Shown: positions 1-9,181 of the stretch, piece by piece
How positions within the stretch are numbered: position 1 is the first letter of the stretch
How the letters are laid out: the number at the start of each line of letters is the position of its first letter
Assembly: GCA_041664365.1 (NCBI GenBank)
Contig: JBAYKW010000002.1
Location: forward strand, 11,858-75,857
Length of the DNA: 64,000 nt
DNA from: Patescibacteria group bacterium
Lineage (GTDB): Bacteria; Patescibacteriota; Patescibacteriia; UM-FILTER-42-10
Reading direction: 5' to 3'
The notes under the pieces: model-generated
Seen by the model: the letters and a program-made list of their open reading frames with translations, nothing else
What the model was told of the DNA's origin: nothing
Database searches by the model: none
Position numbers and translations under genes: made by a program

Positions 1-55
1 CAGCTCTCGCCATTCCGGCCTGAGCACGGACTCACCTTCGTCGGAGGCAAAGCAA

Positions 56-391
56 ATGCCGACTTCGCAGTGGCTCGAACAAGTGATCGACAGCGTCGCG
101 CATACTGTCGCGGCGCGAGTGTTCGATCCGCACGACGTCCCGCTTCTGGGACCGATTGCCGTACAGATCCACCATGTGGACGGCAATATCGTCACCGGGA
201 CGATCTGCTCCGCCGAGGAGCACGCGCCGGACATCGAGACGACCGGATCGCGTTTCACGACCGATGCGGAGCTCAAAGAGATCCGCATGGCTGTGTACTT
301 CCTGGTGGTCCAGGGTGAATCCTTCGTCACCAAGACTCGCGATGGGTCCATCCTATGGACCATCGGTCTCCCCGTTCCTTCGGAAGACTAG
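56..391 (+). CDS. hypothetical protein (GC-rich cassette gene)
   Basis: 111-aa ORF with GGAGG upstream, followed by hairpin+T-run. Confidence 0.55.
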   Translation: MPTSQWLEQVIDSVAHTVAARVFDPHDVPLLGPIAVQIHHVDGNIVTGTICSAEEHAPDIETTGSRFTTDAELKEIRMAVYFLVVQGESFVTKTRDGSILWTIGLPVPSED

Positions 392-394
392 TCC

Positions 395-432
395 CCGCCA
401 ATACATCTTTTATGGATTGAGGCGGTTTTTTT
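395..432 (+). terminator. intrinsic terminator
   Basis: CCGCCAAT...ATTGAGGCGG followed by T8. Confidence 0.6.
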
Positions 433-438
433 ATTCCA

Positions 439-466
439 TTGACATTTATAAATATTCTGGTACAAT
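439..466 (+). promoter_or_regulatory. sigma70 promoter of glgC
   Basis: TTGACA-N16-TACAAT with TG extended -10. Confidence 0.6.
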
Positions 467-516
467 CGTTGCTCGCCCGTTCACACTCACTTTGTCCAAG
501 ACACGGAGGTAATTGT

Positions 517-1755
517 ATGTACCATATGGTCGACACCAGCAAAGTAATCGGCGTTATTCTTGCCGGTGGCGAAGGGGAGCGTGCCTATCCACTCACCCGT
601 TTCCGGGCGAAGCCAGCCATTCCGATCGGAGGTGTGTTCCGTCTCGCAGATGTGATGATCTCGAACTTCCTGAACAGCGACATCCGCAAGCTATACCTGA
701 TTGTGCAGAAGCGTCCGCACTCTCTGATGGTACACCTGGAGGGGTTCGTGGATGCCGTCGCTTCGATGCGTGGGCAGTTCATCCGGTGCCTGCCACCGCC
801 CAAGGAGCAGGATCGCTTCTACGCTTCGGACCTCGATTCCCTGCGTCATCATTCGCTGATCTGGCAGAATGATGATTCTGAGCTCGTGGTTCTGGCGATG
901 GGTGATCAGGTGGCGAAGATTGATCTGCGTCAAGCGATTATCCGTTTCAAAGAGACGGATGCTGATGTGGTGATGGTCTACAACCGGGTGACAACCCAGC
1001 AAGCAGCCGGGCGACTGGGCGTGATCACCTGTGATGGTGATCTGGTGACCGGTATGGAAGAGAAGCCGGAAGTTCCGGAAGAGATTCCGGGTGATCCGGG
1101 TTACTGCCGGGGCAACGTCGCGCTGTACGTCTTCAAGAAAGACCTTTTCACTGCAATGCTGACCAAGGCCAGTCGCCGGTGGGATCCCGCTCTGACGCTG
1201 AGCAAGATCGGTGTTCCCTGGTTGGTCCGGCATGCGCGAGTTGTGACCTACGATCTGGGTGACAACACCATCGCCGGGATGCATCCCTGCGAGCGCGCGA
1301 CGTTCTTCGAAGTCGGAACGCCGGACGACTACTTCGACACGCAGATGGCGTTTTGCATGCGCGAACCGCCGTTCAACTTTTACAACCCCGCGTGGCCGGT
1401 CTGGACCGCCCTGCGCTATCCGCTCATTCCGGCCAAAGTGGACCGGGTGAAGATGGAGGAAGTACTCCTCGCTCCGAACGTCGTCGTTCAGGATAACACG
1501 GAGATCACCCGCTCGGTTGTGAGCTACGGCGCGGTCGTCGGCAGTGGTAGTGTTCTGCAGAATGTCGTCATTCTGGACGGTGCGGTCGTCGGCAAGGGTT
1601 GTCAGATTACCAATACGGTAATCGAGAAGGGGATCGTCGTGCCGGATGGTACAATAATCGGTCCTGATCGGATCCCCGACGACAAGTCCATCGTTCTTTC
1701 ACAGAAGGGGAGGCTGTTCCTTCCCAAGTTCTTCGAGTTCAAGCGGCCGTCATAA
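517..1755 (+). CDS. glgC: glucose-1-phosphate adenylyltransferase (divergent)
   Basis: ILAGGEGER..PLT..RAKPAIPIGG, EEKP motif, C-terminal hexapeptide beta-helix; GGAGGT SD 6 nt before ATG 517. Confidence 0.85.
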   Translation: MYHMVDTSKVIGVILAGGEGERAYPLTRFRAKPAIPIGGVFRLADVMISNFLNSDIRKLYLIVQKRPHSLMVHLEGFVDAVASMRGQFIRCLPPPKEQDRFYASDLDSLRHHSLIWQNDDSELVVLAMGDQVAKIDLRQAIIRFKETDADVVMVYNRVTTQQAAGRLGVITCDGDLVTGMEEKPEVPEEIPGDPGYCRGNVALYVFKKDLFTAMLTKASRRWDPALTLSKIGVPWLVRHARVVTYDLGDNTIAGMHPCERATFFEVGTPDDYFDTQMAFCMREPPFNFYNPAWPVWTALRYPLIPAKVDRVKMEEVLLAPNVVVQDNTEITRSVVSYGAVVGSGSVLQNVVILDGAVVGKGCQITNTVIEKGIVVPDGTIIGPDRIPDDKSIVLSQKGRLFLPKFFEFKRPS

Positions 1756-1773
1756 TCAAATGGCGGTTTTTTT
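1747..1773 (+). terminator. intrinsic terminator after glgC
   Basis: CCGTCA..TGGCGG hairpin + T-run. Confidence 0.55.
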
Positions 1774-2266
1774 ATTCATAAAAAATTTTATTGTGGATAA
1801 CTGTAATATTTATTAATAATTGATGATAAAAAAACTGTAATCTTAGCAGGTTTGACCGGTTTTTTAAAATATGGTAATATTGAATCCAACAAGAGCTGAG
1901 TTAGTTATTTGAAAAGAGAATATCGGGAAAGGAAACCGTGGTCTTTGGGGAGCGATCTTTGCCTTCATTGATTTGAAGTCAAAGACTGCCCCCCAACCAC
2001 CCAACCTCCTTCATGAGTCGGAACATCACATGTTCCACACCCCCCGCCTTCCCCCCCCACCCCCCAACCCCGCCCTCCTCACCCCTCCTGCCTTCACTCT
2101 TCCTCTCTTCCTCCTACCCTCTCCTCGCTCCTTCTCTACTCATCCCACCATCCATTCTCTTTTCACCCATCTCATTTCAGATGAAATAGCTATTTTTTTT
2201 CAGCTCTTTTGTCGTATATGGAGAAAACAATCATTTCAGTCAGTTTAAACCCTATTAGTGCAATGC

Positions 2267-2327
2267 TTGACATCTCCTATAAATATGATATATTGACCTG
2301 TGCGCTTTGCTTTAGCCTAATAAAGCA
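2267..2327 (+). promoter_or_regulatory. promoter plus palindromic operator of YerC-like repressor
   Basis: TTGACA 2267-2272; inverted repeat TGCTTTA-N6-TAAAGCA 2308-2327 resembling HisR/YerC sites. Confidence 0.6.
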
Positions 2328-2336
2328 TGAATTTAA

Positions 2337-2666
2337 ATGGAAATGAACAAAAAGAACAGCAAGAAAACTGAAGAATTATACCAGGCCATGCTTTCCTTAA
2401 AAAACACCAAGGAAGCCGTGGATTTTTTTCGTGATTTGCTGACGGAAAAAGAAATTATTGAATTAGGCAACCGCTGGCGTGCCGCTCGGATGCTCAATCA
2501 GAATATTCCATACAGCAAGATCATTGAAGATACCGGACTGAGCTCAACTACAATTGCCCGGACTTCAAAATGGTTGAAAAAAAGCAAAGGTGGTTTTAGA
2601 CTTATTCTCCAAAGAATTAATACCCATCGACACAACTCTTCCGTTCCTGAGAAAGGGTTGTTTTGA
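2337..2666 (+). CDS. YerC/YecD (TrpR-like, HisR-type) repressor
   Basis: FFRDLLT.KEI....RW.AARML....Y..I...TGLSSTTIAR..KWL signature. Confidence 0.85.
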   Translation: MEMNKKNSKKTEELYQAMLSLKNTKEAVDFFRDLLTEKEIIELGNRWRAARMLNQNIPYSKIIEDTGLSSTTIARTSKWLKKSKGGFRLILQRINTHRHNSSVPEKGLF

Positions 2667-2689
2667 TATAGCAGAAAATATATAAAGCC

Positions 2690-2720
2690 AGCCCCTTCTC
2701 ACGGAGAGAAGGGGCTTTTG
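2690..2720 (+). terminator. terminator (3:4 hairpin of putative attenuator)
   Basis: perfect 11-bp stem AGCCCCTTCTC/GAGAAGGGGCT + TTTG ATTT. Confidence 0.7.
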
Positions 2721-2811
2721 ATTTATCGAAAGCCTTCAGCTTGAGAGACTTTTGATTTCCCAAAAGTTAAAGCTTAAGCTGAATTGTTCATTCACAGTTC
2801 GGAGGTTTGTC

Positions 2812-3888
2812 ATGAAGACGTACCGACCCTGCGCCGGCGCGATTCCCGAGTCGATTGATACCCGCTACCAGGAGGCGCTGCAGACCAAAGGACTTCGGTA
2901 TGGCATTATCGAAGTCACCACCCGTTGTCAGTGTGCCTGTCCGGGGTGCTATATGGTGCGCCGCAATTTCTTGAACAAAAAGGAGATGTCCCTGTCAGAT
3001 GCAATCCGGATTCTGGATTTGTGCCGTGATTACCGCGGCGCGGAACTGGAAACGATGGACCTCTTAGGCGGGGAGCCGCTGTTGTGGCCGCACCTGCAGG
3101 AGTTCATTGAGGAGCTGCTGCGCCGCGGGATTCTGCCTTGGGTTTTCACCAACATGCTGGCGATCACGCCCGAGCTCGCGCGGTGGTTGCATGAGCACAA
3201 GGTGCATGTTACCGGCAAGCTGAACATCGATCCTTCCGATCCCGCGCAGTATCCGCTGCAGGCGGAGATGCTGGGTCGGGGGATGAATGTGGTGCGGCAA
3301 CTGCTTTCCGCGATCCGGATTTTTCAGGCGGCCGGGTATGAGGACCCACTGTTCCGTTTGCAGAACCTGATCCGCAAACAGAACCTGGAATTTGTGCCGG
3401 GTTACTACAGTTGGTGCCTTGCACAGAAGATCGGCACGGATCTGGAACTGATGGGTTCCGGCGAGCCGATCGGTCCTGACTACTGGCGGATTGCCCCTAA
3501 CCCTAAACAGCTGGCGGGTATGATCCGCAAGATCCAGGCGGTCCGCAAGGAATTCGGCCTGGCGGAAGCCGAGGTACTGATGCCGCACGTGTTCGGCTCC
3601 TGTCCTTTCTACGACAAGGGTCTTTACTTCGCGGCGGACGGGCACATCCGCGCCTGCTCCAACTCTACGGTCCAGCTTTCACAAACCGCCGATCCGGATC
3701 CGATCCGGAAAGCCTATGAGTCACCGCTGATCTGTAGCCGTCTAATGCTTTCGCAGAGTGCGGTTGGGGAACCCTGTGGCAGCTGCAGTAAGTGGGACAA
3801 GTGCCGTGGCGGATGCCGGGCGACGGTGGAAGGTACCGGCGATCCTTTCGGCGGGTACCCGCTATGCCCGGTGCCTTTTCTGGACTGA
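2812..3888 (+). CDS. radical SAM protein with SPASM domain
   Basis: CQCACPGC (CxxxCxxC), GGEP, C-terminal CxxCxxxxxCxGGC..CP; GGAGGT before ATG 2812. Confidence 0.85.
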   Translation: MKTYRPCAGAIPESIDTRYQEALQTKGLRYGIIEVTTRCQCACPGCYMVRRNFLNKKEMSLSDAIRILDLCRDYRGAELETMDLLGGEPLLWPHLQEFIEELLRRGILPWVFTNMLAITPELARWLHEHKVHVTGKLNIDPSDPAQYPLQAEMLGRGMNVVRQLLSAIRIFQAAGYEDPLFRLQNLIRKQNLEFVPGYYSWCLAQKIGTDLELMGSGEPIGPDYWRIAPNPKQLAGMIRKIQAVRKEFGLAEAEVLMPHVFGSCPFYDKGLYFAADGHIRACSNSTVQLSQTADPDPIRKAYESPLICSRLMLSQSAVGEPCGSCSKWDKCRGGCRATVEGTGDPFGGYPLCPVPFLD

Positions 3889-3959
3889 CCTTGTGACAAA
3901 AGGTTGGGGCGGAGATTAATTTCTTCGCTCCAACCGCTTTATTTTTTAAATTTAAAGAT

Positions 3960-4415
3960 ATGAGAAAAGATATTCTAAAAATTGCCAATATTAAATTCAA
4001 AGAACTGTCAAAAAAGTACGACGGATTTATCAATGTGGTTATTGATGATTGGCGGGGTTTTCGTTTTGTTTTTGACACGGAAGATGTCCGCAAATGTAAA
4101 AACGACTGCCAGAATTGCCCGTTATTTAAATTACTAAAAGATGAAAAATCAGGATTATTCTCCACAGGATTATACCGGGCAACTAAAGAAGATAAATTAC
4201 TTTTCGGTCCGCAAAATTTTTTAAACTGTAAAACCATTATGCAATATCAAACATGCTATTTGAATTTTTTACAGCAATGCCGGTCGGAGGCTGAAATTAA
4301 GCAGGAATTAGCATTGGTTAAATCAATGAAATTAATTTATTCCAAAGGAAATATTAAAAAAACGGAAGATTTGTTTAAAAAAGAAATATTGTCCAAATAT
4401 CTTGATTTTTTATAG
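3960..4415 (+). CDS. hypothetical Cys-containing protein
   Basis: 151-aa AT-rich ORF with CKNDCQNCP. Confidence 0.6.
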   Translation: MRKDILKIANIKFKELSKKYDGFINVVIDDWRGFRFVFDTEDVRKCKNDCQNCPLFKLLKDEKSGLFSTGLYRATKEDKLLFGPQNFLNCKTIMQYQTCYLNFLQQCRSEAEIKQELALVKSMKLIYSKGNIKKTEDLFKKEILSKYLDFL

Positions 4416-4445
4416 GGTATTTGTTAAGGTAAATGACCGTTTTAG
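4402..4445 (+). promoter_or_regulatory. purB promoter with GACCGTTTTAG element
   Basis: TTGATT-N17-TAAGGT, then 11-mer shared with purA promoter. Confidence 0.5.
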
Positions 4446-4477
4446 CTGTTCACTTTAGGCACGAGGAGGTATACATC

Positions 4478-5836
4478 GTGATCATCAAGCGTTACGCACT
4501 GCTTCCGATGCGAGAACTTTGGCTCCGGGAAGAGAGCAAGTTCGAGCACTGGCTGGATGTTGAGCTAGCGGTTCTGCGCGCACGCGAACATTTGGGGATG
4601 GCACCTAAAGGTGCGTATATGAGCGTCCTCAAGCATGCTGCGTTCACTGTGGACAGGATCGCGGAGATCGAGGCGGAAGTGGATCACGACCTGATCGCTT
4701 TCGTCACCAACGTCCGCGAGTCGCTCGAAGCGGCCGGTATCGGCCATTTGTGTTCGGAAATCCATAAGGAGATTACGAGCTACGACGTGGAGGATCCGGC
4801 GCTGATTCTGATGCTCCGCAAGGCGGTCCATCTGGACATCAACGCGCTGAGATCGCTGGAACAGTCCTTACGGAGGAAGGCGCAGGAACACCAGTGGACC
4901 TGGATGATCATGCGCACGCACGGACAGTTCGCCGAACCTTCCACCTTCGGCCATCTTCTGCTGGTGTTTGCCGAAGAAATCCGGCGATGCATCGTCAAGC
5001 TCGAGACTCCGATGAACACTGATCTGTCCGAGGGGAAGATCTCCGGCGCGGTCGGCAGTTTCGCCGGCATTAGGCCAGCCGTGGAGCAGATTGCGCTGGA
5101 AGTGCTGGGTTTGATGCCTGCCAAGGCGGAAACCCAGATCCTACAGCGTGACCGTCACGCTGCGCTACTCTGCACGTTGGCAGTCTGCGGAGGAGTGATC
5201 GAGCAGATCGCAAAGACCTTCTGGGTGATGATGCGCAGCGAGGTGCGCGAACTCCGTGAACCGCGCAAGCCGAAGCAGAAGGGTTCCTCGGCGATGCCGG
5301 GCAAGCGCAATCCGATCCTGACGGAACGGCTCATGGGCATGTCCCGTCTGCTCCGTGCGGATGCAATGTGTGCGCTGGAGAACATCGCCACTTTCGAGGG
5401 ACGGGAAATCTCCCAGTCCAGTGTGGAACGCCACATCTTCGCGCGGTCAACGACGCTCGTTCACTACATGGCCATTAAGCTGGCCGGAATGGTGGACAGT
5501 CTCGAAGTTTTTCCGGAGCAGATGCTTCATAACCTGAAGGAGGAGTCACTCGGAGTGTGGGCCGGACAGCGGGTCCGTCATGCACTGGAGGAGGCGGGGA
5601 CTCACCACGAAGTGGCCTACCGCTACATTCAGGCGTGTTCGTTCCAGGCCGAGGCCGAACGGACGCATCTGCGAGACGTACTGCGCAGAACGTTGATTTG
5701 GGATGTTGTGGAAGACAGCGATGACGATCGTAGCGCCGAGGATCGGCTGGGTCGGAATGGTCTCAGGGCATGCTTCGACCACGAAGCCTATGCCACGGCC
5801 GGCATCGAACACATCTTCTCCCGCCAGACGGCGTAG
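4478..5836 (+). CDS. purB: adenylosuccinate lyase
   Basis: RTHGQ, GSSAMPGKRNP, TQILQRDRHA; GAGGAGGT SD before GTG 4478. Confidence 0.9.
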   Translation: MIIKRYALLPMRELWLREESKFEHWLDVELAVLRAREHLGMAPKGAYMSVLKHAAFTVDRIAEIEAEVDHDLIAFVTNVRESLEAAGIGHLCSEIHKEITSYDVEDPALILMLRKAVHLDINALRSLEQSLRRKAQEHQWTWMIMRTHGQFAEPSTFGHLLLVFAEEIRRCIVKLETPMNTDLSEGKISGAVGSFAGIRPAVEQIALEVLGLMPAKAETQILQRDRHAALLCTLAVCGGVIEQIAKTFWVMMRSEVRELREPRKPKQKGSSAMPGKRNPILTERLMGMSRLLRADAMCALENIATFEGREISQSSVERHIFARSTTLVHYMAIKLAGMVDSLEVFPEQMLHNLKEESLGVWAGQRVRHALEEAGTHHEVAYRYIQACSFQAEAERTHLRDVLRRTLIWDVVEDSDDDRSAEDRLGRNGLRACFDHEAYATAGIEHIFSRQTA

Positions 5837-5906
5837 TTTGCACATTTCTTGGGTTCCGGGATCTGATCACAGATCTTAATGGGCCCTTTTTTATTTGGTT
5901 GAGTTG

Positions 5907-5980
5907 AGGGGATAGGGTTTTCCGCCTGAGGCGGATCAGCCTTGGGCTGAAGGGGATAGGGGTTAGGGGATAGGGTTTGG
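5907..5980. repeat. G-rich AGGGGAT-type repeats flanking twin short hairpins
   Basis: AGGGGATAGGG three times; TCCGCC-TGA-GGCGGA and TCAGCC-TTG-GGCTGA at 5921-5950. Confidence 0.55.
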
Positions 5981-6189
5981 AAACTAGCAATTGGTAATCT
6001 CTAATTCTAAACTCTTTATTCTTAAAATAGGCTAAAGCTTTTTTCTACAACCAAACGTGTAACGTCGCTTATTTTCAGCCGATAAATATAAACGAGTATT
6101 GTATCGTTCCGTGTTTTATTTTATTAGGATTTTTTGGCTAATTATAAGTAGACTTTTTAATCTTCAAGAAAGGTGTATAATATAAATCC

Positions 6190-7707
6190 ATGAAAAAAAT
6201 TGTTTTCATTATTCTAATTTTAAATTTTCTGATTACACCGCTCTTAGCCAGTGCGGCTGATCCCTGGGTGGCGACCAATGACCGGATCGGACTGAATGTC
6301 CACTGGGCATTGGGTGGTTTTGGCAAGGATGATTTATACCAACTGCGTTTGCATCAGAGCAGAACAACCTGGGTGCGAGAGCATTTTTATACTGAAGTGT
6401 TTATGGGGGAAAATCCTGAGGCTTGGTTTGAGCGTTACGACCTAATTCTGGAAAAATATCATCGGGAAGGGATAAAAGTTCTGGGCATGCTGGCATACAA
6501 TGTTAAACACGGGGATTTTTACCAGCCCGACCTTGCAGTGTGGGAAGAATTTGTCCGGACAGTTGTGAACCGCTACAAAGACAGGGTAGATGCGTGGGAA
6601 ATCTGGAATGAACCAGATTCGCCGACTTACCTTACCCCGCATAACCCGGAAACCTACGGACCAATTTTAGAAACTGCTTATCGAACCATCAAAAATATTG
6701 ACACCGAAGAGTTAGTCTTGACCGGCGGTTTGAGTTGGTTCAACTGGTATTTTGCCGAAAGACTTTTTAAAGATTATGGAGACTACTTTGATCGTTTAGC
6801 AGTTCATGGCTATTACTGCGAAAACCGGGATAATTCGAAAATGATGTCCGATCTGGCAGCGCTCAGAAGCGTGGTGGGTAAATACCGGCCGGGTGAGCAG
6901 ATTTGGATTACTGAGCTTGGCTGTTCCACCGGATCAATCGGAATCACTGAACAGGATCAGGTTGAATATTTGGATAATGCCACTAAAGAATTATTAGAAA
7001 CCACTTTTGTTGATAAAATTTTTCTTTATAATATCCGTAACCGGGAAATTGGTGATTTATATGAAGACAGCTTCGGACTTTTAGGTTTGGATATGCAGCC
7101 GAGGCTTGCCTGGTCGTGGTATCGCTCGCTTCCTTTCGGCCCGTATGATCAGAAAAGGATCTCTTTCAAACGGGAACAGAAGCGCGCTACCGAATTAAAA
7201 ACTGTTTTGGAAAAATTTTTTGGTAAAGATAAAATTCCGGTTACACAAGAAAACTGGAACAAGTTGGTTAATGCACATATTTATGGCGGTTATCCGGTGA
7301 TTGCCATAGTCCAGTCATTGCGTTTTGGTGGAAAAACGGTTCATCCGGAAATAAGTTATGACGATTGGAAAAAAAGTAAAACTTATAAAAAATATATCAA
7401 AAAGGATTTAGTGAACGGACGATTTGTCTTTGCATATGGTATGGCACGATTGCCAATCGAAACCGAACAGCAGAAGGCAACAGAATTGAAACAAAAACTT
7501 CAGACTCAATTTGGTTTGGAGAATTTAAGAATTAATGACGCGAACTGGGTAAAACTGTTTAACGCTTATGCTTACGGCGGGTATCCGGTGGAAGCAATCG
7601 CGCGTGCAGTGATTTATGGCGGTAAGACAGTGCACACAACTATTCCATGGAAATTCTGGAAAGAACGGTCTGAGTATTTGGAATATATGCAAAAACCGGT
7701 AAAATAA
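6190..7707 (+). CDS. secreted clan GH-A glycoside hydrolase with duplicated C-terminal domain
   Basis: signal peptide, WEIWNEPD and WITELG catalytic Glu motifs; two YGGYPV..I...GGKTVH repeats. Confidence 0.8.
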   Translation: MKKIVFIILILNFLITPLLASAADPWVATNDRIGLNVHWALGGFGKDDLYQLRLHQSRTTWVREHFYTEVFMGENPEAWFERYDLILEKYHREGIKVLGMLAYNVKHGDFYQPDLAVWEEFVRTVVNRYKDRVDAWEIWNEPDSPTYLTPHNPETYGPILETAYRTIKNIDTEELVLTGGLSWFNWYFAERLFKDYGDYFDRLAVHGYYCENRDNSKMMSDLAALRSVVGKYRPGEQIWITELGCSTGSIGITEQDQVEYLDNATKELLETTFVDKIFLYNIRNREIGDLYEDSFGLLGLDMQPRLAWSWYRSLPFGPYDQKRISFKREQKRATELKTVLEKFFGKDKIPVTQENWNKLVNAHIYGGYPVIAIVQSLRFGGKTVHPEISYDDWKKSKTYKKYIKKDLVNGRFVFAYGMARLPIETEQQKATELKQKLQTQFGLENLRINDANWVKLFNAYAYGGYPVEAIARAVIYGGKTVHTTIPWKFWKERSEYLEYMQKPVK

Positions 7708-7733
7708 CGCAATAAAAAAAGGGGGTTTTTAAA

Positions 7734-8060
7734 CTACCCCCGTGTGCTTTTCCCGTTCCAGTCACGCTGCCATTCGTGGCGCTTGTCTTCCGGAATGTCA
7801 TCCGGCGGTGTGATGATTTCCAGCTGTTCCACCGGGTGGTGCAGGAAGGTGTCGTGGCCATCCGCAATGATGTGGCAGAGATGCTTGGTGGACCCGGCAC
7901 AGCCGAGGTCAAACAGCCTGCCGTCAAGCAGACGGACCATATGACGCGTCGAACCGCATCCTTCATGATCCCAAACACCGGGATTCCTCGGAACGATCGC
8001 ATTCAGCGGACTTCCGGGTTTGATCAGAATCCCGCAGACTTTGATTTTCAACTGAGACAT
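7734..8060 (-). CDS. hypothetical protein (GC-rich cassette gene)
   Basis: GGGAGGG SD before ATG 8060; TTGACA-N16-TATACT upstream on - strand. Confidence 0.55.
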   Translation of the reverse strand: MSQLKIKVCGILIKPGSPLNAIVPRNPGVWDHEGCGSTRHMVRLLDGRLFDLGCAGSTKHLCHIIADGHDTFLHHPVEQLEIITPPDDIPEDKRHEWQRDWNGKSTRG

Positions 8061-8126
8061 AATTTCCCTCCCCTCAGAGCCAAGGTACAAGGTTGCCAGT
8101 CTGTAGTATATTTATAATAGATATTT

Positions 8127-8165
8127 TGTCAACCCCGTTAGAGTCAATAACTCTAACGGGGTCAA
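8127..8165 (-). repeat. TTGAC-CCCGTTAGAG hairpin repeat, copy 1, abutting -35 box
   Basis: 13-bp stem ACCCCGTTAGAGT/ACTCTAACGGGGT; related copies at 36365 and 49707. Confidence 0.75.
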
Positions 8166-8236
8166 TATGCGGAACCTTGTTTTTATAGGCATAATTGGTT
8201 ATAATACATAATGAAATAAAGGAATTTAGATACATT

Positions 8237-9172
8237 ATGAAAGTATTTATTGCCAGGCCAAGAGGATTTTGCGCGGGTGTAGCGCGGGCAGTGGAAGTAG
8301 TGGAATTAGCCCTAGAAACATTCGGCCCACCAATTTATGTCCGGCATGCTATTGTGCACAACCAGCATGTTGTGAATGACCTCGAAAAGAAAGGGGCCAT
8401 TTTTGTTGAAACGCTTTCAGAAATTCCAAGAGGCAGTAGGCTAGTATTCAGTGCGCATGGAGTATCCCCGCAGGTTCGGGCAGGGGCAAAAAAAAGAGAG
8501 CTTGATGTTATTGACGCAACCTGTCCCTTGGTAACGAAAGTTCATCTGGAGGCGATAAGGTTTGCCAAAGAAAACTACTCAATTGTTTTGATCGGTCATA
8601 AGGGGCATGTAGAATTAATCGGGACAGCCGGTGAAGCACCCGATAATATCTATATAGTTGAAACGGAAAAAGATATAAATGAATTAATAATTCCGGATGA
8701 ATCCAAAGTTGCTGTTTTAACCCAGACAACACTGAGTGTAAATGATACGAAAGGATTACTCGATATTTTAAAGAAAAAGTATCCAAGCTTGAAAGAACCG
8801 CCAAGGCAGGATATTTGTTATGCGACTACTAACCGACAAGCAGCAGTAAAAAATATTGCTAAGTATTGCGATGTAGTATACGTGATCGGCGATCCGGAAA
8901 GTTCAAATTCGAACCGACTGCGCGAGGCAGCAGAACAAACCAATATCCCGGCCTATTTAATCCAAAGCAGTTCTGATATAAAACCTGAACAGATAAGTGG
9001 TGTTAATGCGATTGGTGTTACTGCCGGTGCATCTGCTCCGGAACATCTGATTGAAGAAGTTATCGCATATCTGAAAAGTCACGGTGCTGATGATGTACAG
9101 GAAGTGGAAGCGGTCAAAGAAAATATGAAATTTCCGCTACCCCGCGAACTAAGTTCCAAGCTTAAAAATTAA
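8237..9172 (+). CDS. ispH: 4-hydroxy-3-methylbut-2-enyl diphosphate reductase
   Basis: PRGFCAGV, IVHN, DATCPLV, ICYATTNRQ, SSNS, GASAP. Confidence 0.95.
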   Translation: MKVFIARPRGFCAGVARAVEVVELALETFGPPIYVRHAIVHNQHVVNDLEKKGAIFVETLSEIPRGSRLVFSAHGVSPQVRAGAKKRELDVIDATCPLVTKVHLEAIRFAKENYSIVLIGHKGHVELIGTAGEAPDNIYIVETEKDINELIIPDESKVAVLTQTTLSVNDTKGLLDILKKKYPSLKEPPRQDICYATTNRQAAVKNIAKYCDVVYVIGDPESSNSNRLREAAEQTNIPAYLIQSSSDIKPEQISGVNAIGVTAGASAPEHLIEEVIAYLKSHGADDVQEVEAVKENMKFPLPRELSSKLKN

Positions 9173-9181
9173 TATACAACC

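Noticed and set aside
1792-1800. DnaA box TGTGGATAA as replication origin
   Set aside because: Single box, with no cluster or dnaA nearby.
1985-2180. C-rich, G-depleted tract and ORF 1973..2248
   Set aside because: No periodicity or protein signature; resembles low-quality read or gap-fill sequence. Needs read support.
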